The notes beneath the pieces are model-generated. The model searched no databases and was not told the DNA's origin. It worked only from the letters and a program-made list of their open reading frames with translations. A DNA stretch of 64,000 bases from an uncultured Pseudomonadota bacterium (GTDB lineage Bacteria > Pseudomonadota > Alphaproteobacteria > RF32 > CAG-239), in assembly GCA_949295915.1 (NCBI GenBank), contig CASFNB010000001.1, forward strand, positions 37,565-101,564. The letters are read 5' to 3'. The translations under genes were made by a program, and so were the position numbers. The number at the start of each line of letters is the position of its first letter. The first letter of the stretch is position 1. This document shows, in pieces, positions 1-9,725 of this stretch.

Positions 1-462
1 ATCAAGAGCCAAAAACTGTTGAGCTTGGAGCTCCGGCAAAGAGTTGGCATGAGCATAAACTTTTTTCACACCGGCAACGGCTAAGATATTAGCCACGATG
101 CCGCCTTGCCCACCCATCTGCAAACGATCATAGCCCAAGTTTTTGACCATCCAATCATAAACGAGTTTATCCTCAGTCAACCACTCTTCGGCAATACCTT
201 TTGAGAAGCATTTAAAAATGCCTTTAATTACATCTTGCGGGGCAGAAAGTTTGGTTTCTTTAATATCTTGAAGTTGTTTCAATGACAGATTTTGTTCTTG
301 AGCCAACTCGGCTATTTTTTTACCGCTGATTTTTAAGACCGCATCAACATTGGTATTAAAAGCGGTTGCCGCGGTTTCCACCTTTTGAACATTTTGTAAA
401 GTTTGCGGCACAATCTTATATTTTTCAAGCCAAGCGGCTTTAGCATTAGCAAAATCTGTCAT
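1..462 (-). CDS. ADP-dependent phosphofructokinase/glucokinase family protein, N-terminal 154 codons (gene runs off the left edge)
   Basis: Own translation of the minus strand from ATG at 462-460 (GGAG 9 nt upstream): MTDFANAKAAWLEKYKIV...LGYDRLQMGGQGGIVANILAVAGVKKVYAHANSLPELQAQQF. The MGGQGGIVAN block and following segment match the GG(N/Q)AGI(M/I)AN signature region of archaeal ADP-PFK/ADP-GK. It is absent from the ORF track because it has no stop inside the window. Confidence 0.6.
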   Translation of the reverse strand, partial: MTDFANAKAAWLEKYKIVPQTLQNVQKVETAATAFNTNVDAVLKISGKKIAELAQEQNLSLKQLQDIKETKLSAPQDVIKGIFKCFSKGIAEEWLTEDKLVYDWMVKNLGYDRLQMGGQGGIVANILAVAGVKKVYAHANSLPELQAQQFLALD

Positions 463-476
463 ATCAACAATCTCCG

Positions 477-1937
477 TTAGTCATCATCTTCTTCATTTTC
501 GAGAGCCGGAATTTGCTCTGCCACGTCTTGCGGAACTTCGGCAAATTTAACACCTTCATTTTTTTCAATATAGAGATGCCATTTTTTTGTACCGAAAGAA
601 CCGCATTTGTCGCAAACGGCTTCCCATTTATCGGAAACTTCGCCGCAATCTTCACAAACCCAACCGGAATCTTCATCACAAGATTTCATGCGTTGTTTCC
701 ACTCTGCGGCAGTTTTTTTATCTTTATTGGCTTTTTCTTCGTATGTTGCCAAGAGAGAGCAAATTTTCTTAGTACAAGGATTGTTAATGATAAACATATC
801 AATTTCGGTTTTAGCTTTGTTCCACAAACCGGCTTTAACAGCCAATTCGGCAATCAATCGATTATTCAAAGACGGACGCAAGCTGTTCATATTAGCCCAA
901 CCCTCAACACGTTTGATTTGGTCTAAAATATCATCTTCGGGCCAGAGATTCATATATTCGTAAGCCAGCTCATCAACCGGATTTCTCTTCCAAGCCTGTG
1001 TTAAAATATTAGCGGCTTTTCTAACCTGATTGTCATGTTCCTTGTAATAACGAGCCAAAGCAATGGCAGCAGCGACCAAGGTTTCATCCGCTTCAAAAGA
1101 TTGGGAGGCAAATTTAAAGAAGTTAACCTCATCTTTTTTGGCTTTGAACTCAAAAGCTCTTTCCAAAAGCACAATAGATTTAAATCTGTCATAATTAACT
1201 TTATTAATAATTTTCTTTTTCAAGCCGGCATCAAGCACCTGCATTGCGCCTTCCCAATCTTTAGCTTTGGCGCGCAGTTCGAAAGCACTTTCAATAACCC
1301 AATACAAATCTTGACGCAATTCATAAGCCTTATTAACAGTCGCCAAAGCTTCTTTAAATTCTTTTTTCTGCATTTGGGCTTCGACGGCAGCTTTCAAGCC
1401 GATAAGTTGGACATTTTCGTTTTTCATCATTTTACCGGAGAGTTTTTCCATCTTATCAAAGTCTTTTTCACCTTTGTAAATTTTCATTTTCAAGACATCA
1501 ATAATTGGGTCATCACCGATAATTTTTTTGAGCTTAGAAAGATTGGAGCGCGCTTCTTTCATATCACCTGCGGTAATAGAAGTCATAGCCTGCAAAACAA
1601 GAAGCATGGAACTATCAAAATCATGACGATTAATAATCATTTTCTCGCTGATTTTTCCGGCCAAAACATCGATAGCAGCATTTTCATCGGTATTATCTCT
1701 AAAGACGGATGTTCTGTAAACTTCTTTAAGCTGAGCTTTTTGCACGGAACGAATAATTCTGGTCAACAAATCGATAATGGCAAAAATCACCAACAAGAAG
1801 AGCATGGCTTCAGGAATGGAAAACTCAAAATAGACCTTACGCCAACTCACGGCAACAAGGCTGGCTCTGTCCATCATCCAAATAACAAAAGTAAAAATAA
1901 GTCCGAGAAAAATAAATATTGAGGTTTTTCTAGTCAT
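477..1937 (-). CDS. HemY-like inner-membrane TPR protein (HemY_N-type N-terminus) with C-terminal zinc ribbon
   Basis: 486-aa ORF with two N-terminal TM helices, helical TPR-like repeats and a C-terminal CEDCG...CDKCG pair. It overlaps the upstream gene by 8 nt and stops 15 nt before the next start on the same strand. Confidence 0.7.
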   Translation of the reverse strand: MTRKTSIFIFLGLIFTFVIWMMDRASLVAVSWRKVYFEFSIPEAMLFLLVIFAIIDLLTRIIRSVQKAQLKEVYRTSVFRDNTDENAAIDVLAGKISEKMIINRHDFDSSMLLVLQAMTSITAGDMKEARSNLSKLKKIIGDDPIIDVLKMKIYKGEKDFDKMEKLSGKMMKNENVQLIGLKAAVEAQMQKKEFKEALATVNKAYELRQDLYWVIESAFELRAKAKDWEGAMQVLDAGLKKKIINKVNYDRFKSIVLLERAFEFKAKKDEVNFFKFASQSFEADETLVAAAIALARYYKEHDNQVRKAANILTQAWKRNPVDELAYEYMNLWPEDDILDQIKRVEGWANMNSLRPSLNNRLIAELAVKAGLWNKAKTEIDMFIINNPCTKKICSLLATYEEKANKDKKTAAEWKQRMKSCDEDSGWVCEDCGEVSDKWEAVCDKCGSFGTKKWHLYIEKNEGVKFAEVPQDVAEQIPALENEEDDD

Positions 1938-2940
1938 GCTGCGTCTCCTTTTTAATAAAGTTTACTTTTAAAGCCGCTAAATAATAAGTTGCAATTTGCG
2001 AAATGGCTTCATCAAAAGCAATTTTAGTCTGAGCTTTTTCCATCCAAGCCAAGAGCAAAGATTCTTTTTGTAGATTCGCATTGGAAAGATGCTGTAACAA
2101 TACAACAGCTTTTTTAATATTTCCTGAATTTACCAAAATTTTTATATTATCCAACTCTTGAATACTCTGATTGGTTGGCGTTTTTTCACCGTTTTTCTGC
2201 ACTTTAATATATTCGCTGATTTTGCTGTTCAGACGGTCTTTCCATGTTTTTTCGGATTCTTGCTTGGTCTGTGCAATTAAGGAAAGATAAACTTCATCAA
2301 AAGACTTCATCAAATAAGCATTATTGTAAATTCCGTCAATGGCTGCTTTTTGCACCACATCCAAAGCAGGCTTTAGTTTAACATTATCAGCGGCAAGTTG
2401 GTTCAAAACCTCAGCCTCATAAATAAAACTACCGCCTTTTTCAGCAGCGTCTTTTACCATCATTGCTGCTGTCAAAACGACGGCACCCTGATCAGTGATT
2501 CGGCTCAAAACATCTAACTGTTGTTCTGCGGCATCAAGGCGCGTCAGCATTCCCAAAACTATCGCCACATCTGCTTTGGAATTAATCACGTTTTGATTAA
2601 ATTTTTCGAGTGTTTCAAAGCGTTTTTCCAAAGTAGCGGTATCTTGTTTTTGCGCTTGTAAACTCTGCAACAAAGCAATTTGGGTTCTTAAATCGCTCAC
2701 CTCTTGTCTAAGCAAAGCTACTTGATCAACTTCAGGTGTTGCGGATTCGCTATCTGTGTTTGCCAAAAGCTCTTTTGTTTTGGCAGATAAATCATCAACT
2801 AAATTCGGATTTTTCCAAAAGGCATATCCGCCGCCCAAAACAAGCGCAATCAACAAAACTCTAAAAGTAAATTTACCGAAAGCATGCGTTTTAACGGGCA
2901 AATTTTCGGTCTGTTCTTTTTTCTCTTTCGTATCAGCCAT
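1930..2940 (-). CDS. HemX/Mic60 (mitofilin)-like membrane-anchored coiled-coil protein
   Basis: 336-aa ORF with one N-terminal TM (FRVLLIALVLGGGYAFW) and a long Q/L/E-rich coiled coil. It lies immediately upstream of the HemY-like gene and divergent from tsaD, the alphaproteobacterial mic60-orf52 arrangement. Confidence 0.5.
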   Translation of the reverse strand: MADTKEKKEQTENLPVKTHAFGKFTFRVLLIALVLGGGYAFWKNPNLVDDLSAKTKELLANTDSESATPEVDQVALLRQEVSDLRTQIALLQSLQAQKQDTATLEKRFETLEKFNQNVINSKADVAIVLGMLTRLDAAEQQLDVLSRITDQGAVVLTAAMMVKDAAEKGGSFIYEAEVLNQLAADNVKLKPALDVVQKAAIDGIYNNAYLMKSFDEVYLSLIAQTKQESEKTWKDRLNSKISEYIKVQKNGEKTPTNQSIQELDNIKILVNSGNIKKAVVLLQHLSNANLQKESLLLAWMEKAQTKIAFDEAISQIATYYLAALKVNFIKKETQHD

Positions 2941-3025
2941 TTTCCCAAATTCCTTATTTGCTATTTTTATTTTCTTAGTGTATATAAATAAAAAAAACTT
3001 TCAATAAAATAACGGAAAAAAAACA

Positions 3026-4105
3026 ATGTTGGTATTAGGAATAGAGAGCAGCTGTGATGAAACCGCAGCGGCAATAGTCAACGAAAAGAAAGAAATTTTG
3101 GGAGAATGCTTGTGGACACAGATAGAAGACCACAAGGTTTTTGGCGGTGTTGTACCGGAAATTGCCGCTCGCGCCCATTTGGAACACATTGACGAGATTG
3201 TTGAACACACCTTAAAGAAAGCCAAATTAAAACCCGAAGACATTGATGCCTTTGCCGCATCTTCCGGTCCGGGATTAATCGGCGGTGTTGTCATTGGTGT
3301 TATGGCAACCAAAGCCTTGGCTTTAGCTTTGAACAAGCCTTTTATTGCCGTCAACCACTTGGAAGGACACGCTCTGGCGCCGCGTTTGACCGGAGATGTA
3401 AAATATCCATACTTGCTGTTGCTCGTTTCCGGCGGACATTGTCAAATTTTAATCGTTCGCGGCGTTGGCGATTTTGAAAGACTTGGCACCACAATTGACG
3501 ATGCGGCGGGAGAAGCTTTTGATAAGGTATCCAAAATGCTCAATTTAGGCTACCCCGGCGGTCCGATTATTGAAAAAATGGCAGAAACCGGTGACGAAAC
3601 CCGCTTTGTTTTGCCGCGTCCGTTAGCCAACTCCGGCGATTGCAACTTGTCTTTCTCCGGCTTAAAAACGGCGGTTAGAAAAATCATTGAATCTTACGCT
3701 GTTGACGGCAATATCGAGCATGTCAGCTTAAACAAAAAAGACACGGCAGACATTTGCGCCAGCTTCCAATTAGCCGTTGCCGATTGCTTGATTCATAAAC
3801 TTGAAAAAGCCATCAAAATTTTCAAAAAAGAATGCCCTGAAGGTAAGGATATTGTTGTTTCCGGAGGTGTTGCCGCCAATACTTATTTGCGTAAAAAAAT
3901 GGCAGCTTTGGCTGAAAAAGAAGGTTTAATTTTCTCAGCTCCTCCTATCCGTTTTTGCACCGACAACGGTGTCATGATTGCTTGGGCAGGCTTAGAGCGT
4001 TTTCAAAAGGGCTATACCAACGAGCTCGACTTCAAACCTCGTCCGCGTTGGCCTTTAGATGAAAAAGCACCCAAGGCGGCAGGAGCCGGAGGCGTTAAAG
4101 CATGA
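3026..4105 (+). CDS. tsaD: tRNA N6-adenosine threonylcarbamoyltransferase TsaD
   Basis: LGIESSCDETAAAIV N-terminus, HLEGH and VSGGHCQ motifs, 359 aa. Confidence 0.95.
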   Translation: MLVLGIESSCDETAAAIVNEKKEILGECLWTQIEDHKVFGGVVPEIAARAHLEHIDEIVEHTLKKAKLKPEDIDAFAASSGPGLIGGVVIGVMATKALALALNKPFIAVNHLEGHALAPRLTGDVKYPYLLLLVSGGHCQILIVRGVGDFERLGTTIDDAAGEAFDKVSKMLNLGYPGGPIIEKMAETGDETRFVLPRPLANSGDCNLSFSGLKTAVRKIIESYAVDGNIEHVSLNKKDTADICASFQLAVADCLIHKLEKAIKIFKKECPEGKDIVVSGGVAANTYLRKKMAALAEKEGLIFSAPPIRFCTDNGVMIAWAGLERFQKGYTNELDFKPRPRWPLDEKAPKAAGAGGVKA

Positions 4106-4737
4106 GAAACAAAAAAGAAATCTTGGCAATTATGGAAATCTTCCAAAAAGAAGATCCTAATCCTCGTTGTGAGTTAGATTATAAAAATGCTTTCACATTG
4201 CTTGTTGCCGTTGTTCTTTCGGCACAAAGCACCGATAAGGGAGTTAACAAAGCCACCAAATCTCTGTTTGAAGTGGCAGACACACCGCAAAAAATGGCTG
4301 ATTTGGGATTAGAAAAAATCAAAGAATATATCAAGACCATCGGTCTGTATAACAACAAAGCCAAAAACATTTTGGCTCTAAGTCAAGAGCTGGTTGCAAA
4401 ATATAATGGTGAAGTTCCGGAAAACCGTGAAGCTTTGGAAAATCTCCCCGGTGTCGGACGCAAAACGGCCAATGTTGTCCTAAATGTTTGGTTCAATCAA
4501 CCGACTTTAGCCGTTGACACCCATGTTATGCGCATTTCGCAAAGACTAGGTTTCAGTGAAGGTAAAACCCCTTTGGCCATTGAACAAGATTTAATGAAAG
4601 TTTTGCCGACCGAATATGTTAAAAATGCCAATCACTGGTTGGTTTTGTTCGGACGCTATATTTGCAAAGCACAAAAGCCCGATTGCGAAAAATGTCCGAT
4701 TGCTTCATATTGTCATAGCAAAGATAAAAGAATATAA
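4102..4737 (+). CDS. nth: Endonuclease III
   Basis: HhH-GPD fold (LPGVGRKTANVVL) and C-terminal 4Fe-4S cluster CKAQKPDCEKCPIASYC. ATGA overlap with tsaD. Confidence 0.95.
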   Translation: MRNKKEILAIMEIFQKEDPNPRCELDYKNAFTLLVAVVLSAQSTDKGVNKATKSLFEVADTPQKMADLGLEKIKEYIKTIGLYNNKAKNILALSQELVAKYNGEVPENREALENLPGVGRKTANVVLNVWFNQPTLAVDTHVMRISQRLGFSEGKTPLAIEQDLMKVLPTEYVKNANHWLVLFGRYICKAQKPDCEKCPIASYCHSKDKRI

Positions 4738-4763
4738 ATATCCCCTAGTAAAAGACAACTAAT

Positions 4764-4793
4764 AAAAAAAGGCTGATTTCTCAGCCTTTTTTT
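4764..4793. terminator. Bidirectional intrinsic terminator between nth and the LptF/G gene
   Basis: AGGCTGA-TTTC-TCAGCCT hairpin flanked by an A-run on one side and a T-run on the other. Confidence 0.6.
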
Positions 4794-4794
4794 A

Positions 4795-5904
4795 TTAACC
4801 ATCTTCCAAATGCAGCAGAACCGAAACACTGATAAGCGTTGCCACCAAAGTTGGCGTACACACGGCTAAAAACGCCGGAATAGTACCGTTCAGACCAAAA
4901 GCATAAATCAGTTGAGACATAAAATAAACAATAAAACCTGTGGTAATACCCCCCACAATCAAAAACATTACCCCGCCGCGACGGTTATTAGCACGCAAAG
5001 CAAACAAAGCTGCCACCAAAACCATTGAACAAAGCAAGAAAGGCGAAACCAACAAAGAATAATAACGCATCAAATGTTTTTGCGCCGAGAAACCGGCATT
5101 TTCATAAAAACGAATGGTATCCGGCAAATCCCAAAAAGAAATAGCATCTGGCTCAACAAAGTTTTCTTTGATTCTATCCACGGTCAAAGCGGATTTATAT
5201 TTCATACTGTTAAGTGTTTGGGTTGGCTTTCCTGCTTCATAAACACGCACATCTTTCAAATCAAAATAACCATCATGAAGGATGGCGGCAAAAGCTTCAA
5301 TGGTTCTTTGCGGCTGCGATTGTCTGTCCATTTCAAGAATGCTGACATTTCTAAGCAACAAAGAATCATCACCTTCCTGACGAGCCGATTTTGCCTGCAT
5401 CACTTGGAAAGTGTCTTCATCAACGGCTTCACGTGTCCACAAACCTTTATCGGAAAACAAAACCGCATTTGGATTTCTGGTATCAAAGCGATAATCCAGC
5501 GTTTCGTAAATTTCATACAGACGAGCGGCAATTGGGTTCACCAAAGTAATGTTTAATACGCCCAAAACAAAAACGGCAAACAAAACCGGTGTCAAAAAGC
5601 CCCAAATGGAAACACCTGCCGCACGAATAATCACAAATTCGTTACTTTTGCTCACGCGCCAAAAAGTGACCATAGCTGCAATCATCATCACAAACGGAAA
5701 AACCATATCAATGGTTTTAGGCATTTTGGTCAGAGCAATTTCCAACAAAAACCAAAAAGTAACATCTTCACGACCGGAGGCCTTACGCAAGAGCTCAACC
5801 ATCTCAAACATCAAAACCACGCCGACCACCATCAAGAGGACGGAAAGGAAGTTGACAACAATTTGTTTGGCCAAATAACGACCTAAAATGGACTTTGGGT
5901 TCAT
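4795..5904 (-). CDS. LPS export ABC permease, LptF/LptG (YjgP/YjgQ) family
   Basis: 369 aa. LGRYLAKQ N-terminus, three TMs, a large periplasmic beta-jellyroll segment, then three more TMs. Confidence 0.8.
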   Translation of the reverse strand: MNPKSILGRYLAKQIVVNFLSVLLMVVGVVLMFEMVELLRKASGREDVTFWFLLEIALTKMPKTIDMVFPFVMMIAAMVTFWRVSKSNEFVIIRAAGVSIWGFLTPVLFAVFVLGVLNITLVNPIAARLYEIYETLDYRFDTRNPNAVLFSDKGLWTREAVDEDTFQVMQAKSARQEGDDSLLLRNVSILEMDRQSQPQRTIEAFAAILHDGYFDLKDVRVYEAGKPTQTLNSMKYKSALTVDRIKENFVEPDAISFWDLPDTIRFYENAGFSAQKHLMRYYSLLVSPFLLCSMVLVAALFALRANNRRGGVMFLIVGGITTGFIVYFMSQLIYAFGLNGTIPAFLAVCTPTLVATLISVSVLLHLEDG

Positions 5905-5974
5905 TGCAGCAATCTTTTAACAGTTAATATTAACGACAAAATATATCATCATATATAAAATATCAAACTAAAAA

Positions 5975-6901
5975 TTAGTCTTGAAGCATGGATAGATAAC
6001 GTTCCACGCTGTCTGGCAAAATGATGATAATATTTTTTCCTTTCATTTCCGGACGTTGACCGAGTTTAACGGCGGCGGCAACGGCAGCTCCGGCAGAAAG
6101 ACCGGCAGAAACACCTTCGAGCATACCGAGCTGTTTGGAGAAGAACTCGGCATTTTCATCGGTTATATCCATCACCTCATCAACCAAAGACTTGTCATAA
6201 AATTCCGGCACAAAACCGGCACCAATTCCGGGAATTTTATGAGCTCCGGCCTGTCCACCGTTCAAAACCGCACTTGAAGCAGGCTCCACGGCAACCACAT
6301 GCAAATCAGGATTATATGTACGCAAAGTAGAAGCAATCCCTGTTAAAGTTCCTGAAGTTCCGACCGAGCAAACAAAAGCATCCACCTCACCGGCCGTATC
6401 TTCTATAATCTCAATGCTTGTGGTAAAGCGGTGTGCATCTGGGTTAGCTTGGTTAGAAAATTGACGAAGAAGAATAACATTCTCATTTTTTTCTGCCAAC
6501 ATATCCGCCTTGGCAATAGCACCTTGCATTCCATCTTCGGCAGGGGTCAAAATCACTTCTGCTCCAAAATGGCGCATAAGCATAATACGTTCTTTAGTCA
6601 TATTTTCCGGCATGGTAATAACGAGTTTATACCCTTTGGCAGCACAAATTCCGGCCAATCCGATACCGGTATTCCCGCTTGTTGCTTCTACAAAAACGGT
6701 TTCATCGGTAATTTTATGTGTTTTTTCGGCTTGTTCAATCATATTCAAAGCCACGCGATCTTTAATGGAAAAGAGAGGATTCAAAAACTCACATTTAGCC
6801 AAAAGATGTGCTTTAACATGAAAATGTTTTGCCAAACGGGAAAGTTGCAACATCGGCGTTTTTCCGACCAATTCGGTAACTGAATTATAAATTTTTTTCA
6901 T
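5975..6901 (-). CDS. cysK: Cysteine synthase A (O-acetylserine sulfhydrylase)
   Basis: 308 aa with the PLP lysine motif SIKDR, the TSGNTGIGLA loop and the GTSGTLTG loop. Confidence 0.85.
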   Translation of the reverse strand: MKKIYNSVTELVGKTPMLQLSRLAKHFHVKAHLLAKCEFLNPLFSIKDRVALNMIEQAEKTHKITDETVFVEATSGNTGIGLAGICAAKGYKLVITMPENMTKERIMLMRHFGAEVILTPAEDGMQGAIAKADMLAEKNENVILLRQFSNQANPDAHRFTTSIEIIEDTAGEVDAFVCSVGTSGTLTGIASTLRTYNPDLHVVAVEPASSAVLNGGQAGAHKIPGIGAGFVPEFYDKSLVDEVMDITDENAEFFSKQLGMLEGVSAGLSAGAAVAAAVKLGQRPEMKGKNIIIILPDSVERYLSMLQD

Positions 6902-7011
6902 AATATAACCTCAAAACCATTCTAAAATGTTCATAAAAGGCAATTTATACTTTCATTAGGAGTAACATTGAACTACTATTAACACAAGTTTTAAAAACAT
7001 AAAATAAAGAA

Positions 7012-7566
7012 ATGAATAAAAAACTAAAAATAATTTTGGGATTAGTCATATTTTGTTCATCAATCCAAACCGGACAAGCCGCTAGTTTGGATGATATTTA
7101 TCGTGACATAGTGAGAGATGATAATAGCGGTTATCTCCCGATTTTTGTCAGAAACCGCAACCGTCCCGAATTATTATTTGAAGACAAATTACCCAAAGCA
7201 GAAACAAAAGCAGAGACGAAAAAGGAACAGCCGGTAGTTAAACTTCTGGATGAAAGAAAAATCAAGCAAGATGCCATCAAAGCGGAAGCTGAAAGATGGC
7301 AAAATGCCATCAAAGCCATTCAGGCAAATAAATTTACTGCTAAAGAACTAAAAATCTTGGACGAATATGTAGCCAAAGACGACCCCAAAGCCGTTGAAAT
7401 TAAAGCATGGATGCTGGCCAAAGGATACGGAGTTAAAACCAATTTAGTTGAATCTTTTTTACTTTATCGCAAGGCAGAAAAACTTGGTGTTAAAGATGCC
7501 AAAAAGAATGCGGCGCAAGTATACCGAGCCATGAACCGCGATCAAAGAGAAAGTCTGGCCAAATAA
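7012..7566 (+). CDS. Secreted Sel1-like repeat protein
   Basis: Signal peptide (MNKKLKIILGLVIFCSSIQTGQA). The C-terminal part has a Sel1/SLR-like pattern (AWMLAKGYGVKTNLVESFLLYRKAEKLG). Confidence 0.5.
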   Translation: MNKKLKIILGLVIFCSSIQTGQAASLDDIYRDIVRDDNSGYLPIFVRNRNRPELLFEDKLPKAETKAETKKEQPVVKLLDERKIKQDAIKAEAERWQNAIKAIQANKFTAKELKILDEYVAKDDPKAVEIKAWMLAKGYGVKTNLVESFLLYRKAEKLGVKDAKKNAAQVYRAMNRDQRESLAK

Positions 7567-7568
7567 AC

Positions 7569-8066
7569 CTACTCCTTATCAGAAAACAAATTTTGCACCG
7601 CCAACCAATGAGTATAATTGATTTTAACTTTTTGCGAAAGAATATTATTAACGGTCACCCATTCGGCTTTACCGTTTTCCGGTGTTCGCCATATACTTTT
7701 TTCGGTATCAAAACCATAGGAAGAAGCATCATAAACAATAAACATTTGCTCATAAATACAATAAGCCCCGTTTGGTTTAGCATCGTCGGCAAAATAATTT
7801 ATGGTTTGCGAAAATTCTTTTGCGCCGTAATCCAGCATAAAATCTATTCCGGTTTCTTCATAGAGCTTGCGATACAAACAATCTCTGAAATCTTCTCTGC
7901 GGCTGACGGAACCTCCGGGAAATTCAGGCAAATCCACCTGTGGCGGATAGGTAAGCAAAACCTTATCATCCTTGACCAAAATGGCAAAATAGCCTTTCTG
8001 GTGCATGGGAATAATGTCCTCACCGTATTTTTGCTTTCCGTGTCTGTCAAAAAAGATATTATTCAT
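7569..8066 (-). CDS. NUDIX hydrolase
   Basis: Nudix box GGSVSRREDFRDCLYRKLYEETGI. 8-nt overlap with gmk upstream. Confidence 0.8.
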   Translation of the reverse strand: MNNIFFDRHGKQKYGEDIIPMHQKGYFAILVKDDKVLLTYPPQVDLPEFPGGSVSRREDFRDCLYRKLYEETGIDFMLDYGAKEFSQTINYFADDAKPNGAYCIYEQMFIVYDASSYGFDTEKSIWRTPENGKAEWVTVNNILSQKVKINYTHWLAVQNLFSDKE

Positions 8067-8724
8067 GAGCGGAAGCTTCTTTAATCAGTTCGTTAACAAA
8101 ATCATCCAAACCGGTTTGGCGCACGCGTTTCATACGCTCTCCGGAAATAATTTTTTGTACTTTTTTAATGGTTTCTTCCACATCTACATTAACAATCACA
8201 TAATCAAACTCTTTCCAATGGCTCATTTTATCCAAAACCATATTCATACGCTTATCAATTTGTTCTTGGCTATCGGTAGCTCTTTTTTCCAAACGCTCAC
8301 GCAAATCATGAATGGAAGGCGGCAAGAGATAAATCGTGACCACATCATCGGGAGCTTTTTGACGCATTTGTCTTGCCCCGACCCAATCCATATCAAAGAG
8401 CACATCTTCACCCACATTCAAAAAACTATCAACTTCTGAACGCAAAGTACCGTATCTGTTACCATATTGAGAGTCAACACATTCATAAAAAGCATCTTCT
8501 TTCATATATTGATTATATTGTTCATCAGAGATAAAATAATAATCCACCCCATCAACCTCGCCCTCTCTTTTGGCACGTGTTGTCACCGAAACCGAAAATT
8601 TAATATTCGGGTCGCGTTTCAAAACTTCTTTGGCAATCGTTCCCTTACCGACACCGGAGGGACCTTCAATAATAAACATGGCACCGCGGCGAACTTGTCT
8701 TAATTTATCAATAATGGCACTCAT
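8059..8724 (-). CDS. gmk: Guanylate kinase
   Basis: P-loop GPSGVGKGT, TTRAKREGE motif, 221 aa. Confidence 0.95.
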   Translation of the reverse strand: MSAIIDKLRQVRRGAMFIIEGPSGVGKGTIAKEVLKRDPNIKFSVSVTTRAKREGEVDGVDYYFISDEQYNQYMKEDAFYECVDSQYGNRYGTLRSEVDSFLNVGEDVLFDMDWVGARQMRQKAPDDVVTIYLLPPSIHDLRERLEKRATDSQEQIDKRMNMVLDKMSHWKEFDYVIVNVDVEETIKKVQKIISGERMKRVRQTGLDDFVNELIKEASAHE

Positions 8725-8735
8725 TTTGGTTCTCT

Positions 8736-9641
8736 CTATTCAATATTTTGTACTTGTTCTCTGAATTGTTCTATTAAAGTTTTTAAATCCATTCCATAAT
8801 TTGTCAATTCAATATCGCAAGATTTTGAACAAGTTGTATTAGCTTCACGATTAAGTTCCTGACACAAAAAGTCAAGTCTACGTCCGACCGGTTCATTAGA
8901 AGATAGTAAATTTTGCGCCGTTAGAATATGTGCTTTGAGACGGTCAATTTCTTCCTGAATATCGGCTCTTGCCACATATAGAGCCACTTCTTGCGCCAAC
9001 CTTTCTTCTGAAACCGGATTAGTCGGGTCAAGAAGCAAATCGAGTTGCACTTGCAATCGATTTTTAAGTTTTTCCGGTTGTGTTTTGGCAAAAGCATCAA
9101 TTTTAGCAACAACGACCGCAATATTTTGCAAAATATCAAGCAAAGCCTGTCTGATTTTCTCGCCTTCTTCTTTTCTGTCATGCTGCAGTTTTTGGCAAGC
9201 TTCATCAAAGCTTGCAAGCAAGGTTTTAACTAAAATATCCGTTTCTTCTTCACTCAAAGAAACATCTTCGGTTTCGCACACCCCTTTAATCGCCAAAAGT
9301 TCGGATGTGGTTGGTTTTTGCAAAACATCTGTATGAGATTGATACAATTCAATTGCTTTTGTTGTCAAAGTATTGAGTAAATCTTCATTAATTTTCAACT
9401 GTTGTCCGGAAACATTGGAAGACAAATCCAAATAGAGCGAAAAACTGCCACGTGCAAAATTTTGCATCAAAACATTTTTACAAGGCAACGTCAAAGCACT
9501 ATCCAACCAAGCAGGAACCTTCATTTTAATATCAATAGATTTGTTGTTCACGCTTTTCACTTCCCAAAACCAACTAAAATCCATTTTATCAAAATGGAAC
9601 TCACCGTTTTTACGAGAAAAACCGGTCATACTGGCAACCAT
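8736..9641 (-). CDS. yicC: YicC family stress-induced protein
   Basis: SMTGF N-terminus and C-terminal DUF1732-like EEIDRLKAH...CQELNREANT segment. Conserved yicC-gmk neighbourhood. Confidence 0.85.
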   Translation of the reverse strand: MVASMTGFSRKNGEFHFDKMDFSWFWEVKSVNNKSIDIKMKVPAWLDSALTLPCKNVLMQNFARGSFSLYLDLSSNVSGQQLKINEDLLNTLTTKAIELYQSHTDVLQKPTTSELLAIKGVCETEDVSLSEEETDILVKTLLASFDEACQKLQHDRKEEGEKIRQALLDILQNIAVVVAKIDAFAKTQPEKLKNRLQVQLDLLLDPTNPVSEERLAQEVALYVARADIQEEIDRLKAHILTAQNLLSSNEPVGRRLDFLCQELNREANTTCSKSCDIELTNYGMDLKTLIEQFREQVQNIE

Positions 9642-9725
9642 ACCCTCAATCCTCCTTAAACTTTTTATTAGTATTTACTCATTATAATTTCCAATCGTTA
9701 ATAGTAATTTAAGGAAAAAAACAAA

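Noticed and set aside
1035-1922. A 295-aa plus-strand ORF.
   Set aside because: It is entirely antisense to the HemY-like gene, and its sequence is Phe/Ile/Asn-rich mirror-frame composition with no motifs. The same reasoning rejects the other antisense ORFs at 513-926 and 607-963.
5444-5459. TTCACGTG inside the LptF/G gene as a possible third parS site.
   Set aside because: Only the central 8 nt match. The flanks (GGC...TCCAC) do not fit TGTTTCACGTGAAACA.
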